64,000 bases of DNA, taken from a virus. Of this stretch, positions 1 to 9,264 are shown in pieces; within the stretch, counting starts at the first letter, position 1; each line of letters starts with the position of its first letter. The stretch lies in IMG/VR virus record IMGVR_UViG_3300043178_000025; one strand, 5' to 3'. The position numbers were made by a program, and so were the translations under genes. The notes under the pieces are model-generated. The model was not told the origin of the DNA. It saw only the letters and a list, made by a program, of their open reading frames with translations, and did not search any database.

Positions 1-329
1 ATGAGGCGAAGGGTGATCCGGGAGCGTTCGGATTCACCGAGGCGGAAGCTCGGACGTGGGAGTTCCGAAGGGACCGCGAGAAGGTCCTCGTCTCGATCAT
101 GCGGAAGGGGTACATCCGCGTGCGCGGCCACAAGAACTACACCACGTTCGAGTTGTGGAAGATGACGGAGTCGCTGCTCTCGCACATGAAGCGGTTCGTG
201 GACAAGTTCGCGTTCTGGCCCGAGGAGGAGGTCTCGATCCACGAACTGTCCAGCCACAAGGCGTGGACGCGGGACATGCGGAAGCTCAAGTTCCTCAGCG
301 TGGACCGCTTCAACGAAGACAAGGCGTGA
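1..329 (+). CDS. hypothetical protein, probably 5'-truncated
   Basis: Frame open from position 3; stop overlaps the next GTG start (GTGA). Confidence 0.6.
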   Translation, partial: EAKGDPGAFGFTEAEARTWEFRRDREKVLVSIMRKGYIRVRGHKNYTTFELWKMTESLLSHMKRFVDKFAFWPEEEVSIHELSSHKAWTRDMRKLKFLSVDRFNEDKA

Positions 330-568
330 TCTCGAAGAGGGACGGTGAGTGGTGGGTGACGACGCCGCTCTATGTCGGAGAGAAGGCCGACATCCTGCGG
401 ATGTCGCTCTGTGAGCATCCGTCGTATCGCACGGAGCGGCCCGCAGAACTTCACACCGTTCCGGAGACAGGGGATAAAATCGAGATGGGTCTGGAGAAGT
501 GCGTGACGTGCGGGGCCACGCGATCCCGCTACCGCTATCCGGACCCGGAAAGGAACAAGCTGCCATGA
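326..568 (+). CDS. hypothetical protein with CxxC
   Basis: GTGA/ATGA overlaps with neighbours. Confidence 0.55.
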   Translation: MISKRDGEWWVTTPLYVGEKADILRMSLCEHPSYRTERPAELHTVPETGDKIEMGLEKCVTCGATRSRYRYPDPERNKLP

Positions 569-756
569 CGAAATACGAAGGTCAGTATCTGGTGTTCAAC
601 CGGAGGTCGAAGCGGCTCTGGTTCAAGGAGCAGGCCATCGACGACGCCACGCACTTCACCGTTGGCAAGGTCGTGAAGGGCGCGGTGGCGGGGAAGCCCG
701 TCGAATACTGGCTGGAGAGGATGGAGGGTCAGAAGAGGATGGAGGCCCGTACATGA
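565..756 (+). CDS. hypothetical protein
   Basis: ATGA overlaps on both sides. Confidence 0.6.
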   Translation: MTKYEGQYLVFNRRSKRLWFKEQAIDDATHFTVGKVVKGAVAGKPVEYWLERMEGQKRMEART

Positions 757-1244
757 GGACGGCGCACGGTGGGACGTGGGTTCCGAAAGGGCCCCGCGTC
801 GTGATCGGGCACAGGCCCAACCCCGTCGAGTGGCGAAGCTGGGGGAAGCCGTCCAAGGCGGTCCTCTTCGTCGGGCTGACGGCGGGCCGGGCGACGAAGT
901 ATTTCCCCAAGGGGAGGAAGTTCCCGCCCCGGTTCATCTACGGCGCGGTCTTCGCCACTCGCGTCGATCAGGTCGGGACCAAGTACGGGTCGAGCTTCGT
1001 TCGTCAGGAGGGGCACTACATCCCGAGGTACGCGAAGAAGCCCGGGGAGGAGCCGAGGCGTCGGGAGAAGTCGCTCCAGATCGTTCTCTATCCGGCGCAG
1101 CAGGAGTCGTGGAGCCTGTTCCGCCGCCACGTCAAGAGTCTGGCGAACGTGCTGGCGCGGGACTTCGGGCAGGAGACGATCATCGCCGAGTTCGTCAAGG
1201 ACGGCGTCGTGGAAGAAGTCGGCGAGTACGGCTGGAAACGGTAG
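753..1244 (+). CDS. hypothetical protein
   Basis: 163-aa ORF, translationally coupled to upstream gene. Confidence 0.7.
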   Translation: MRTAHGGTWVPKGPRVVIGHRPNPVEWRSWGKPSKAVLFVGLTAGRATKYFPKGRKFPPRFIYGAVFATRVDQVGTKYGSSFVRQEGHYIPRYAKKPGEEPRRREKSLQIVLYPAQQESWSLFRRHVKSLANVLARDFGQETIIAEFVKDGVVEEVGEYGWKR

Positions 1245-1252
1245 GAGGCATC

Positions 1253-1504
1253 ATGCCGAGACTGATCGAACAGAGGAGTGAGAAGAAGCCTGTCGGGGCG
1301 TTCGAGGCGTTCGTGGACGAAAAGGACTTCAGCTTCCGCGAACTGTCGCGAAAGAGCGGCGTGAGCGAGGTCACGCTGCGCCGGATCAAGAACGGCCAGA
1401 GCGTGAAGCGTGGAACCGTTCGCAAGCTCCAGAAGTTCTTCCGCGTCGAGAAGCAGGTCATCCTCGACCTGTTCAAGCAGGACGGCGTCGTCGTCGTCAA
1501 GTAG
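1253..1504 (+). CDS. XRE/Cro-type helix-turn-helix regulator
   Basis: GGAGG RBS; FSFRELSRKSGVSEVTLRRIKNG HTH pattern. Confidence 0.8.
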   Translation: MPRLIEQRSEKKPVGAFEAFVDEKDFSFRELSRKSGVSEVTLRRIKNGQSVKRGTVRKLQKFFRVEKQVILDLFKQDGVVVVK

Positions 1505-1598
1505 CCTTCGCTCCCGGCATCCCCTCTTTATAGGGGGTCACAGTATGCCCGCAGTCCTCTTGCGCGGGCCTTTCGGACGGGACTTCCGGAAAGGGACC

Positions 1599-2129
1599 AT
1601 GAACGTCATCATCAACGCGGCCCGGCTCGCAGAACGGGCGCATCGCGACCAGAAGCGGCGTGACGGATCGCCGTACATCGTGCATCCCATGAGGGTCGCT
1701 GGCATGGTGACGCTCTGGGTGGCGAAGCAGCCGTTACCGATGCCGATGCACGAGAACATGATCGCGGCGGCGTGGCTTCACGACGTTCTCGAAGACACGA
1801 AGCTCACGGACGGAGACGTTCATGCCGCTCTAGGCGGGAGCGTGACGGACCTCGTCGTTGAACTGACGAATGCCTCGAAGGGCTCGAAGGAGCCTCGGGC
1901 GGTCCGTAAGTCCATGGACAGGGCGAAGATCGCACAGGCGAGTCCCGAGGCGAAGCTCATCAAAATGTTCGACCGCATCGACAATCTCAAGGACCTACCC
2001 GAGGGTGACGACTTCGGTGCGAAGTACGCGCACGAGTCGCTACTCCTCTTGGATGTCGTGAAGGACGCCGACGTGGGCGTGGCCGAGGAGCTTCGGGAAG
2101 CGGCGTCGAGGCTTCTCGCGTGTCCTTGA
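1599..2129 (+). CDS. HD-domain small alarmone hydrolase (Mesh1/SpoT-HD-like)
   Basis: AHRDQKR..PYIVHP, AAAWLHDVLEDT and KLIKMFDRIDNL motifs; alternative start 1545. Confidence 0.85.
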   Translation: MNVIINAARLAERAHRDQKRRDGSPYIVHPMRVAGMVTLWVAKQPLPMPMHENMIAAAWLHDVLEDTKLTDGDVHAALGGSVTDLVVELTNASKGSKEPRAVRKSMDRAKIAQASPEAKLIKMFDRIDNLKDLPEGDDFGAKYAHESLLLLDVVKDADVGVAEELREAASRLLACP

Positions 2130-2900
2130 GTGACACAGGCATCGGATAGCATGGACAGCGTGAAGGTCCTCCACTTCAGCGTGACCGGAGAGTTCATCAC
2201 GGGCATCTCCCGGAACCTCTGGGCCGAAGGTGAGCACGCGAAGGCCATCAAGCTCCTCGTCGATGGCGTGCGAGGGTTCAGCGAGTGCATGGCGCTCGAA
2301 GTCGTTACGGGGCAGAAGAAGCTCGTGGGGACGAATCTCCTGAAGCTCGTGAAGGACAACGCCACGAAAGACGATAGGGGTCTCGATCTACCCAAATCGG
2401 CTGCGGCTGCGTTCACGAAGAACAGGGAGGCGCTCGACGAGGCGACGAAGGAAGCCGCCGAGGTCGCTCGGGCGGCGTCGGAGACGTTCGCGGACATCGA
2501 GGACGCCGTTCTTGCCGACGCGGACAAGCGGTCTCAGGCGAGGGCCGTCGAGAACAGGATCGACGCCCATTGGGATCGGATCGGGAAAGTGCTCGGGTAC
2601 GTGCCGAAGCCGGAACCGACGACGGAGTACGAGAAGTGGGATGCGGGCTGGATGGCTCCGAACGGGAAGTTCTACGGCTGCAAGTACCACGGCCACATCG
2701 CTCTTGCGGAAGAGCTTGACATTACGGAGCCGGACTGCGAGAGAGAGGGCTGGCTCAAGCTCCAAAACGACATCTGGGTACGTCCGTGGCTCTACATGGA
2801 GCGGTACGGCGGGCACATCACGCAGCTTCAACTCGACGCCCTCTTCGACTGGCACCAGAAGAAGGGGAAGAAGCTCTCGGACTGGATGACGGCGGAATGA
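2130..2900 (+). CDS. hypothetical protein with C-terminal GWMAPNGKFY..C..H motif
   Basis: 256-aa ORF with typical codon usage; start uncertain. Confidence 0.7.
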   Translation: MTQASDSMDSVKVLHFSVTGEFITGISRNLWAEGEHAKAIKLLVDGVRGFSECMALEVVTGQKKLVGTNLLKLVKDNATKDDRGLDLPKSAAAAFTKNREALDEATKEAAEVARAASETFADIEDAVLADADKRSQARAVENRIDAHWDRIGKVLGYVPKPEPTTEYEKWDAGWMAPNGKFYGCKYHGHIALAEELDITEPDCEREGWLKLQNDIWVRPWLYMERYGGHITQLQLDALFDWHQKKGKKLSDWMTAE

Positions 2901-3394
2901 AGCACAGGCACAAGTGGCGGGCGGGTTCCTATGGCGGCGACACGGTCGAGTACCGCTGTCAGGCCAAGGACTGCAAGGCGACGTACAAGCGCAAGGATCG
3001 GAAGATGGTCCGGCGGAAGCACGCCGCGATGATGCGGGACTCGGACAGGATTCATCGGGTCTGGCACGCCTTCGTGAAGCACATGAAGCTCGGGACGGTT
3101 CAGCAGTCCGACTACGCTCTCATGGAGAAGGCGCGGCGCTGGTCGGAGAAGCATCCGAAGGATGTGGTCGTGACGGGATGCGACGACGGCCACCACAGCA
3201 GCAGCGAACTAGTGATCGTCGCCCATCGCAACGGCAGGAAAAGCTGGATGGGCTTGACCGTAGTCGGGCTCATGCAGAACGACGGGCAGGAGCCTTTCGA
3301 GTTCTTCCTGTACCCGAACCACGTCAAGAGGCTCATCGAGGCGCTCAAGCATTTCGAGCGACTCAGGAAAACGTGCCAACGGAGGGGGCTATGA
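2897..3394 (+). CDS. hypothetical protein
   Basis: ATGA overlaps on both sides. Confidence 0.65.
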   Translation: MKHRHKWRAGSYGGDTVEYRCQAKDCKATYKRKDRKMVRRKHAAMMRDSDRIHRVWHAFVKHMKLGTVQQSDYALMEKARRWSEKHPKDVVVTGCDDGHHSSSELVIVAHRNGRKSWMGLTVVGLMQNDGQEPFEFFLYPNHVKRLIEALKHFERLRKTCQRRGL

Positions 3395-3567
3395 AAATCA
3401 CGTTGACGCTCATGATCCAGACCGTGATCGACGCGAAGGACGAGGAAGAGTACGAAAAGAAACGGGACGCTCTCATCAAGGCGTTCGAGCAGAAGGGGTA
3501 CACGGTCGATGTAGAGAGCGAGGACGGCGACGATGAAGGCGACGAGGAAGGCGACGAGGAAGAGTAG
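3391..3567 (+). CDS. small protein with acidic tail
   Basis: GGAGG RBS; ends EDGDDEGDEEGDEEE. Confidence 0.65.
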   Translation: MKITLTLMIQTVIDAKDEEEYEKKRDALIKAFEQKGYTVDVESEDGDDEGDEEGDEEE

Positions 3568-3733
3568 GGCACAACGGCGCTGCCGTCCGGGATGCGGGCA
3601 TCTTCCCAAGACGGCGCACGTCGCGAAGGAGAGGGACTGGAAATGCGGATGTCCGTGTCACACCGGGCGCGTTCCCGTCTGGTATCCGTGCGATTGAATG
3701 CGGAGGTCATCCGGCATGAAAGGAGCAACGGAC

Positions 3734-4042
3734 ATGGGTAGCAGTCTTGCCGCCCGCGCCGCGCAGCTTCACCAGCAGGGCTTGAAGGTCAGGGAGATCG
3801 CGGCGAAGCTCAAGCGTTCGCGGTGGAACATCTACTACATGCTGAAGCGTGCTGGCATCCGGCTCTACAAGAAGGATCGGGCGGGTCTCGTTGACGAGCA
3901 GCCGGACGCGGAGAGGAAGTCCGTGCCGATGCTTGTCGATGCGATCCGGCTTCTGGAGGAGCGGGTCGAGGCGCTCTACGACGAGGCGCACAGGATCGAG
4001 GCCGTGCTCGACACGCTGAGGCCGCTCGTGCGGAAGGCGTGA
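3734..4042 (+). CDS. HTH DNA-binding protein with coiled-coil C-terminus
   Basis: AGGAG RBS; GLKVREIAAKLKRSRWNIYYMLKRAG. Confidence 0.75.
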   Translation: MGSSLAARAAQLHQQGLKVREIAAKLKRSRWNIYYMLKRAGIRLYKKDRAGLVDEQPDAERKSVPMLVDAIRLLEERVEALYDEAHRIEAVLDTLRPLVRKA

Positions 4043-4094
4043 GATTCGTGTTTACCGTGTCACGCGGACGACAAGAGTTCGTAGGAAGAGGAAA

Positions 4095-4110
4095 GGTGTC
4101 GGCAGAATTC
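4095..4110 (-). repeat. isolated inverted copy of the 16-bp core GAATTCTGCCGACACC
   Basis: Plus strand GGTGTCGGCAGAATTC is the exact reverse complement of the core repeated at 53,329-53,505. Confidence 0.9.
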
Positions 4111-4157
4111 TGTGCAGTCCGGCGCGGTACGAAGTCTAGTAACAGGATAGAGGGTAC

Positions 4158-5837
4158 ATGCACGTAGACCTGTGCGACGGCGTCTTCGTCCTCAAGACCG
4201 ACTACGAGGAGCGTGTCCGCGCCCGGAGTATCGGGGCGAAGTGGAACGCGAAGATTCATCGGTGGGTCGTGCCCGCCAACGTCTTCGCCGCCGAGAAGCT
4301 CCTGCGGCTCCCTAATGTAGGGGGCATCGAGAAGGTCAGGTCCTTTCTCGAAGGGTTCGACTCCGGGGTCTCCTGTACGACGCCGAAGACGAAGCTGCCG
4401 CTCAAACCGCATCAGGTCGAGATGGTCATGCGGTGGCTCACGTTCAAGCGGTTCATGTACTTCCCCGAGATGGGCACGGGCAAGACGCCCGCCGTGATCG
4501 GGGCCGTTCAGAACCTCTTCGAGGAAGGGACCCTCGATCTGGCCCTCGTCGTGGCCCCTCTTTCGGTCCTCAACAGTTGGACGCGGCAGATCGAGAAGTT
4601 CTGCGCCGTCCGGCACCGCGTCATCATGCTCACGGGCAACGCTAAGGTGAGGACGGACAAGATCGAGGACGTGAAGTATCTCCGGAAGAGCCTCACGGGA
4701 AAGGTCCTCATCTGGGTGCTGGTGAACTACGAGGCCCTGCGGCGGTTCGAGGAGAAGCTCTCCATGCTGCGGCCCAAGGCCGTGTGCTTCGACGAAACGA
4801 CGAAGATCAAGAACCACTCCGCTCAGGTCACGAAGTCCGCGATCCGGCTCGGGGACATCGCCGAGTACGTCGTCGGGCTCAACGGCACGCCGATCTCGAA
4901 CGACGTGAGCGAACTGTGGAGTCAATGCCGGGCTGTCTCGCGCACGTTCCTCGGCGAGGGAAGCACCAGCTTCTACGAGTTCATGTACGAGTTCTGCGTC
5001 ATGGGCGGGTGGAAGGGGAAGCAGGTCGTCGGGACGAAGAATCTGGAGCGCCTCGAAGGGCTCCTCAAGAAGTTCAGCTACCGCGTCCGCAAGGAGGACG
5101 TGCTCGATCTTCCCGACCGGACGTGGACCACTCGCGAGGTCCAGTTGGAAGGGGAGCAACTGGCGGCATACAAGTCGGCTGAGAAGGAGTTCTATTTCGC
5201 CGTGAACGCCGTGAAGAAGCACACGGGCGAACGCCGCCAGTACGCGATCCTCGTGAAGAACGCCCTCGGCAGGCTTCTCCGGTGCCAGCAGATTGCGGCG
5301 GGCTTCTGCAAGGACGAGAAGGGCGAGATGATCCGCTGGCCGGACAACCCGAAGACGAAGGAACTGGTGGAGATCGTGAAGGAGGCCGGAAGGCAGCGCG
5401 TGGTGATCTTCAGCCGCTTCGTCGAGGACATTGAGATGGCCCACGAAGCCTTCACGAAGGCGGGCATCGTTAGCGCGGTGTACTACGGAGGCGTGAAGCA
5501 GGAGGTCCGCTCCAACATCGAGAACGCCTTTCTGGACCGTTCGAGCAACCTGCAAGTGGTCCTCGCTCAGGTCCAGACGGGAGGTCTCGGCATTGACTTC
5601 AGCACGGCTCCGATCTGCGTCTTCAACACGAACTGGTTCAGTTGGGGCGTGCGCGATCAGGCCGAGAGCAGGGTGCATCGCCCGGGGCAGACCTCGAACG
5701 TGCTTTACATCGACAACATCGGGCTGGAGACCGTGGACGAGACCGTGCTCATGACGATCATGGACAAGAAGAGCATCTCCGAGGTCCTCTTCGGCGCGAA
5801 AGTTCCGGAGGCGGAAGAGGTCGAGGTCGGCGCGTGA
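4158..5837 (+). CDS. SNF2-family (SF2) helicase
   Basis: EMGTGKT Walker A, FDETTKIKN DExx, LNGTPISN, GGLGIDF and QAESRVHRPGQ motifs. Confidence 0.93.
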   Translation: MHVDLCDGVFVLKTDYEERVRARSIGAKWNAKIHRWVVPANVFAAEKLLRLPNVGGIEKVRSFLEGFDSGVSCTTPKTKLPLKPHQVEMVMRWLTFKRFMYFPEMGTGKTPAVIGAVQNLFEEGTLDLALVVAPLSVLNSWTRQIEKFCAVRHRVIMLTGNAKVRTDKIEDVKYLRKSLTGKVLIWVLVNYEALRRFEEKLSMLRPKAVCFDETTKIKNHSAQVTKSAIRLGDIAEYVVGLNGTPISNDVSELWSQCRAVSRTFLGEGSTSFYEFMYEFCVMGGWKGKQVVGTKNLERLEGLLKKFSYRVRKEDVLDLPDRTWTTREVQLEGEQLAAYKSAEKEFYFAVNAVKKHTGERRQYAILVKNALGRLLRCQQIAAGFCKDEKGEMIRWPDNPKTKELVEIVKEAGRQRVVIFSRFVEDIEMAHEAFTKAGIVSAVYYGGVKQEVRSNIENAFLDRSSNLQVVLAQVQTGGLGIDFSTAPICVFNTNWFSWGVRDQAESRVHRPGQTSNVLYIDNIGLETVDETVLMTIMDKKSISEVLFGAKVPEAEEVEVGA

Positions 5838-6046
5838 GGTTTGAGCTTTCCCTTCGCATGGAACAGCAGCTTGTCCGGAAGGGCTGGGTTGTGGTGCTGC
5901 ACAGTCCTCCTCTGCCGCCGATGAAGAGTCAGGTCTATCGGTCGAAGAGGGCTGCGGAGCAGGCTGCGACGGAACGGATCATGACGCATCCGGAACTCAT
6001 CGGACGGATCACGGTGGAGCGTGACGAGGAGAAGATTCTTCGATGA
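5834..6046 (+). CDS. small protein, paralog family A
   Basis: YRSKRAAEQAA..THPELIGRITV. Confidence 0.65.
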   Translation: MRFELSLRMEQQLVRKGWVVVLHSPPLPPMKSQVYRSKRAAEQAATERIMTHPELIGRITVERDEEKILR

Positions 6047-6276
6047 GCAAGGCGTCGCGACAGGTGCTTCTCATCACGGTCGTCTGTGAGATCGACGGGC
6101 AAAGAAGCAGGCTGTACATGAGTCGTCACGCATTGGAGTGGCTCGATGCTCCGTTCTACAGCGACATGCGTAGGTTTGGCTCTCGCCAAGCTGCGGAAGA
6201 TTGGATCGCGGAGTACGTCCTTACGCATCCGCAGCATCTCGGGCGTGTTCACGTAGAGGAGAAACTCCTCGGATGA
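6043..6276 (+). CDS. small protein, paralog family A
   Basis: FGSRQAAEDW..THPQHLGRVHV. Confidence 0.7.
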   Translation: MSKASRQVLLITVVCEIDGQRSRLYMSRHALEWLDAPFYSDMRRFGSRQAAEDWIAEYVLTHPQHLGRVHVEEKLLG

Positions 6277-6533
6277 GCAAGGCGTCGCGGCTTCGGCTGC
6301 GAAATGAGCGCCGACGGAAGGTCTGGCTCGTTGCCATGGAGCCGGGCCCTTCCGGGGTCCACTACCTTCATACCGACGGGTGGGGACTCTACAAGGGCTG
6401 GAAGCTGATGCGCTTTGCGAAGCGCCGCACGGCAGAGAAGGCTCTCGCTGAAGAAGTGCTCAAGGACCCGTCCTTGATCGGAAGGGTCTGGGTCACGAAC
6501 AGGCAGTCGATCTTTCAGGTCGGAGCACGATGA
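6273..6533 (+). CDS. small protein, paralog family A
   Basis: FAKRRTAEKA..KDPSLIGRVWV. Confidence 0.7.
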   Translation: MSKASRLRLRNERRRKVWLVAMEPGPSGVHYLHTDGWGLYKGWKLMRFAKRRTAEKALAEEVLKDPSLIGRVWVTNRQSIFQVGAR

Positions 6534-6859
6534 ACGGACTTCTCGGCTTCGCCGTTGGGTTCGGCGTAGGCGCTATCTTCAGCAAGAAGCGCAGGTCAAA
6601 GCGGAAGGCTCCGTTCTGGGTCAGTCAATGGCTGATCGCGACAACCCGCTACCACAATCAGGTCCTCTACCACGACGAACAGCATCACGGCTGGTCGAAG
6701 TGGGGCACGGTCTTTGCATCCCGTGAAGAGGCCGAAGCGCGGCTGCTATGGCTCTGCGCGAAGGACCCGACGCTGCTTTGCGAAGCGGAGATCGAGGAGA
6801 AGAAGGTCCTGAAGTTCCGTAGGAAGAAAGCTGTGTCACCGTCTGACACAGCCCTGTGA
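6530..6859 (+). CDS. paralog family A protein with N-terminal hydrophobic segment
   Basis: GLLGFAVGFGVGAIF then FASREEAEARL..KDP. Confidence 0.65.
   Translation: MNGLLGFAVGFGVGAIFSKKRRSKRKAPFWVSQWLIATTRYHNQVLYHDEQHHGWSKWGTVFASREEAEARLLWLCAKDPTLLCEAEIEEKKVLKFRRKKAVSPSDTAL
6830..6852. promoter_or_regulatory. 9-bp inverted repeat upstream of the parB-like pair
   Basis: GCTGTGTCA-CCGTC-TGACACAGC. Confidence 0.35.
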
Positions 6860-6875
6860 TAGAACGGAGGTCGGA

Positions 6876-7697
6876 ATGGACAGCACCAAGGACATCTGCG
6901 TGGCGCACATCGCGCCGTTCCGGGATCGCGACCGGGACCCGGAGCGTTTCCGGATGCTTGTCGAGAGCATCGACAAGTACGGACTCATCGAGCCCATCAT
7001 CGTCGCCCCGAACGACGACGCGAAGAAGCCCTACCGTCTGGTGGCCGGGCACGGACGGCTCAGGGCCGTGAAGAAGCTCGGCTGGCAGAAGGTCCCCGCC
7101 GTGATCCGGGAGAAGTTCGAGCTTCGGGACTACGTCGTCGAGAACTGGCGTCGGGACCTCACGAGCTACGAGACGGCGATCCTTATGGAGCACCAGATTC
7201 AGATGGGGCGCTCCGTGGAGGACGTGGCGAAGACGTTCTGCGTGACGGAGCCCGTCGTGCGGCAGTACGCGACCATCGTGAAGAACCTTCATCCGGAACT
7301 GGCGAAGCTCGCGAAGAAGCAGGCGCTCACGATGAAGGACGCGCATCGCATCGTGAGGAAGCTGCCGGAACAGAAGGTGCAGGAGGTCCTAATCGAGACG
7401 ATCAAGAGGGCCGAGAAGGTCGAGCCGACGCCCTATGTCGTCAAGCGGGCCGTCGAAGACGTGCTCGGCGCTGTCCGCGTGCGCGGCTCGACGGCTTCCA
7501 TCGACACGGTCGAGAAGCTGGAGAAGGTCCGCGAGGAGGTCTTCACGCAGACGCAGGACACCCGCGAGACCATGAGCGTGATTCGGAGCCATTGGCTCCG
7601 GTCCGTGGGAGAGCTTCGCATCCTGCTCAAGGACGTGACGTACAGGAAGCTCTTCGACAAGCACGGGATCGACTACAAGCACATCGTCAAGGCGTAG
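6876..7697 (+). CDS. ParB/Srx-like N-terminal domain protein with HTH
   Basis: LVESIDKYGLIEPIIV, LVAGHGRLRAVKKLG, VVENWRRDLT. Confidence 0.88.
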   Translation: MDSTKDICVAHIAPFRDRDRDPERFRMLVESIDKYGLIEPIIVAPNDDAKKPYRLVAGHGRLRAVKKLGWQKVPAVIREKFELRDYVVENWRRDLTSYETAILMEHQIQMGRSVEDVAKTFCVTEPVVRQYATIVKNLHPELAKLAKKQALTMKDAHRIVRKLPEQKVQEVLIETIKRAEKVEPTPYVVKRAVEDVLGAVRVRGSTASIDTVEKLEKVREEVFTQTQDTRETMSVIRSHWLRSVGELRILLKDVTYRKLFDKHGIDYKHIVKA

Positions 7698-7706
7698 GAG
7701 GAAGCC

Positions 7707-8585
7707 ATGCACACCGACAACATCCGTCTCGACAGGATCGAGATTCCCGAGAAGTACCGCCGCGAGAAGTCGGACGACTTCACGCGGGAGCAGAGTTTCC
7801 TGACGAAGTCGATCAGGGCGATGGGGCTCAGGTTCCCCATCACGGTCAAGGAGCGCGGGCGCGGCTACGTGCTCGTGGACGGCGTCCGTCGCTACAACGC
7901 CTTCCGCGCCATGCGGAGCGAGGCGATCCCGGCGCGGGTGATCGCGGAGGGCGACAAGCGCGACCTCGACGTGCTCCGGTTCCAGTTGAACGTCCACCGC
8001 GAGAACCTGAAGCCGATGGACGAGGCCCGACTCTTCCGCCAGATGGTCGCCGAAGGCTGGTCGAAGCAGGAGGTCGCCGACGCCATGGGCCGGAAGATCG
8101 GGACGCTCAACCGCTACTTCGACTGCCTGCGCGTGAACGCGAAGTGGCAGCATCTCGTGAACACGCGCACGATCACGCTCTTCGACGTGCAGCCCGTCGC
8201 GGCGCTGTCCTCGGCGGGGCAGAAGTACCTCTACGACCAGATCAAGACCCGCGAGCTTCCGTTCAACGGTCCGACCATCGAGAGCGTGACGCGGACGATG
8301 GACCCCGTGAAGAAGCCCGAGTATTTCAACCTCCCCAAGCAGGTCGCCGCCCAGCGCATCAACGAGCGGCACGGCCATCCGTTCGCGATGCAGAAGGTCG
8401 AGAGCGTGGCGAAGATGAAGCTCATCACGGAGCATCGCCAGAAGCTCATCGAGAAGTGGGAGGAGGAGATCAGCGCCGTCATCCCCGTCATCAAGAAGGC
8501 GATGGGGACCCCGGAGGTCTGGGATGTGCTGCCGACGCGCACGAAGAACGCCTTCAAGGACTTCAGCGATGAATACATAAAATGA
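7707..8585 (+). CDS. second ParB-like protein
   Basis: LTKSIRAMGLRFPITV, LVDGVRRYNA, NVHRENLKPMDEA. Confidence 0.88.
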   Translation: MHTDNIRLDRIEIPEKYRREKSDDFTREQSFLTKSIRAMGLRFPITVKERGRGYVLVDGVRRYNAFRAMRSEAIPARVIAEGDKRDLDVLRFQLNVHRENLKPMDEARLFRQMVAEGWSKQEVADAMGRKIGTLNRYFDCLRVNAKWQHLVNTRTITLFDVQPVAALSSAGQKYLYDQIKTRELPFNGPTIESVTRTMDPVKKPEYFNLPKQVAAQRINERHGHPFAMQKVESVAKMKLITEHRQKLIEKWEEEISAVIPVIKKAMGTPEVWDVLPTRTKNAFKDFSDEYIK

Positions 8586-9031
8586 GAAAGAAGGCGTGGA
8601 AGGGGCCGCGTACTCAGAAGGAGATCGAGGCGACTTTCTGGGGTAGGGTGCAGAGGCGCAGCAAGAAGAAGTGCTGGCGCTGGAACGGCGGTTTCTTCAC
8701 GAACGGCTACGGAGCGTTCTGCGTTTACCGACAGAATGTACGTGCTCATCGCTACGCCTACAGGCTGATGCGCGGACGACCACCGCGACTTCTGGATCAT
8801 GGGTGTAATCACAAGTGGTGCGTCAATCCGTGGCATCTTGAACGGTCAACGAATCGCGCCAATGTGCTCCGTGGCCGAGGTCCAAGCGCGATCAACGCCC
8901 GAAAGACGCGGTGTGTGCGTGGGCATCCGTTGGTGACTGGCAACATTTATGTCTACGGTCGGAAGCGGACCTGTGTGAAGTGCTTGAACGAAAGAACGAG
9001 GCGTTATAGGGCCGCTAGGAGGAGATCGTGA
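8582..9031 (+). CDS. HNH endonuclease
   Basis: CWRWNG..GYGAF, AHRYAY, LDHGCNHKWCVNPWHL. Confidence 0.88.
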   Translation: MRKKAWKGPRTQKEIEATFWGRVQRRSKKKCWRWNGGFFTNGYGAFCVYRQNVRAHRYAYRLMRGRPPRLLDHGCNHKWCVNPWHLERSTNRANVLRGRGPSAINARKTRCVRGHPLVTGNIYVYGRKRTCVKCLNERTRRYRAARRRS

Positions 9032-9261
9032 AGGTCTACGTGCTCTGGTATCAGGAGTACGACGACTGCGAGATCATCGGCGTGTTCAAGACCAAGCGCC
9101 GGGCGCAGCAGATGATTCCGTGGGCGTCCCGGTGCGGGTCCACGTCCAACGTCAACCTGCGTCCGCGCAAGCACTTCGAGGTCATCGAGCAGAAAGTGGA
9201 CGCTTGGCCGTTCCGTCCGGAGCAGAAGAAGGACCTCAAACTGCCTCGGTGGGTGAGGTGA
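9028..9261 (+). CDS. hypothetical protein
   Basis: GGAGG RBS; KVYVLW..IIGVFKT pattern common in phage small proteins. Confidence 0.65.
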   Translation: MKVYVLWYQEYDDCEIIGVFKTKRRAQQMIPWASRCGSTSNVNLRPRKHFEVIEQKVDAWPFRPEQKKDLKLPRWVR

Positions 9262-9264
9262 CAC

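Noticed and set aside
3810-5678. Long antisense ORFs (also 7389-8435, 10784-11959, 16758-18710, 33644-34747, 39567-40949, 45935-47443, 57146-58849, 58879-60000)
   Set aside because: Shadow frames of real genes in GC-rich DNA; low-complexity Arg/Leu/Pro translations with no motifs.
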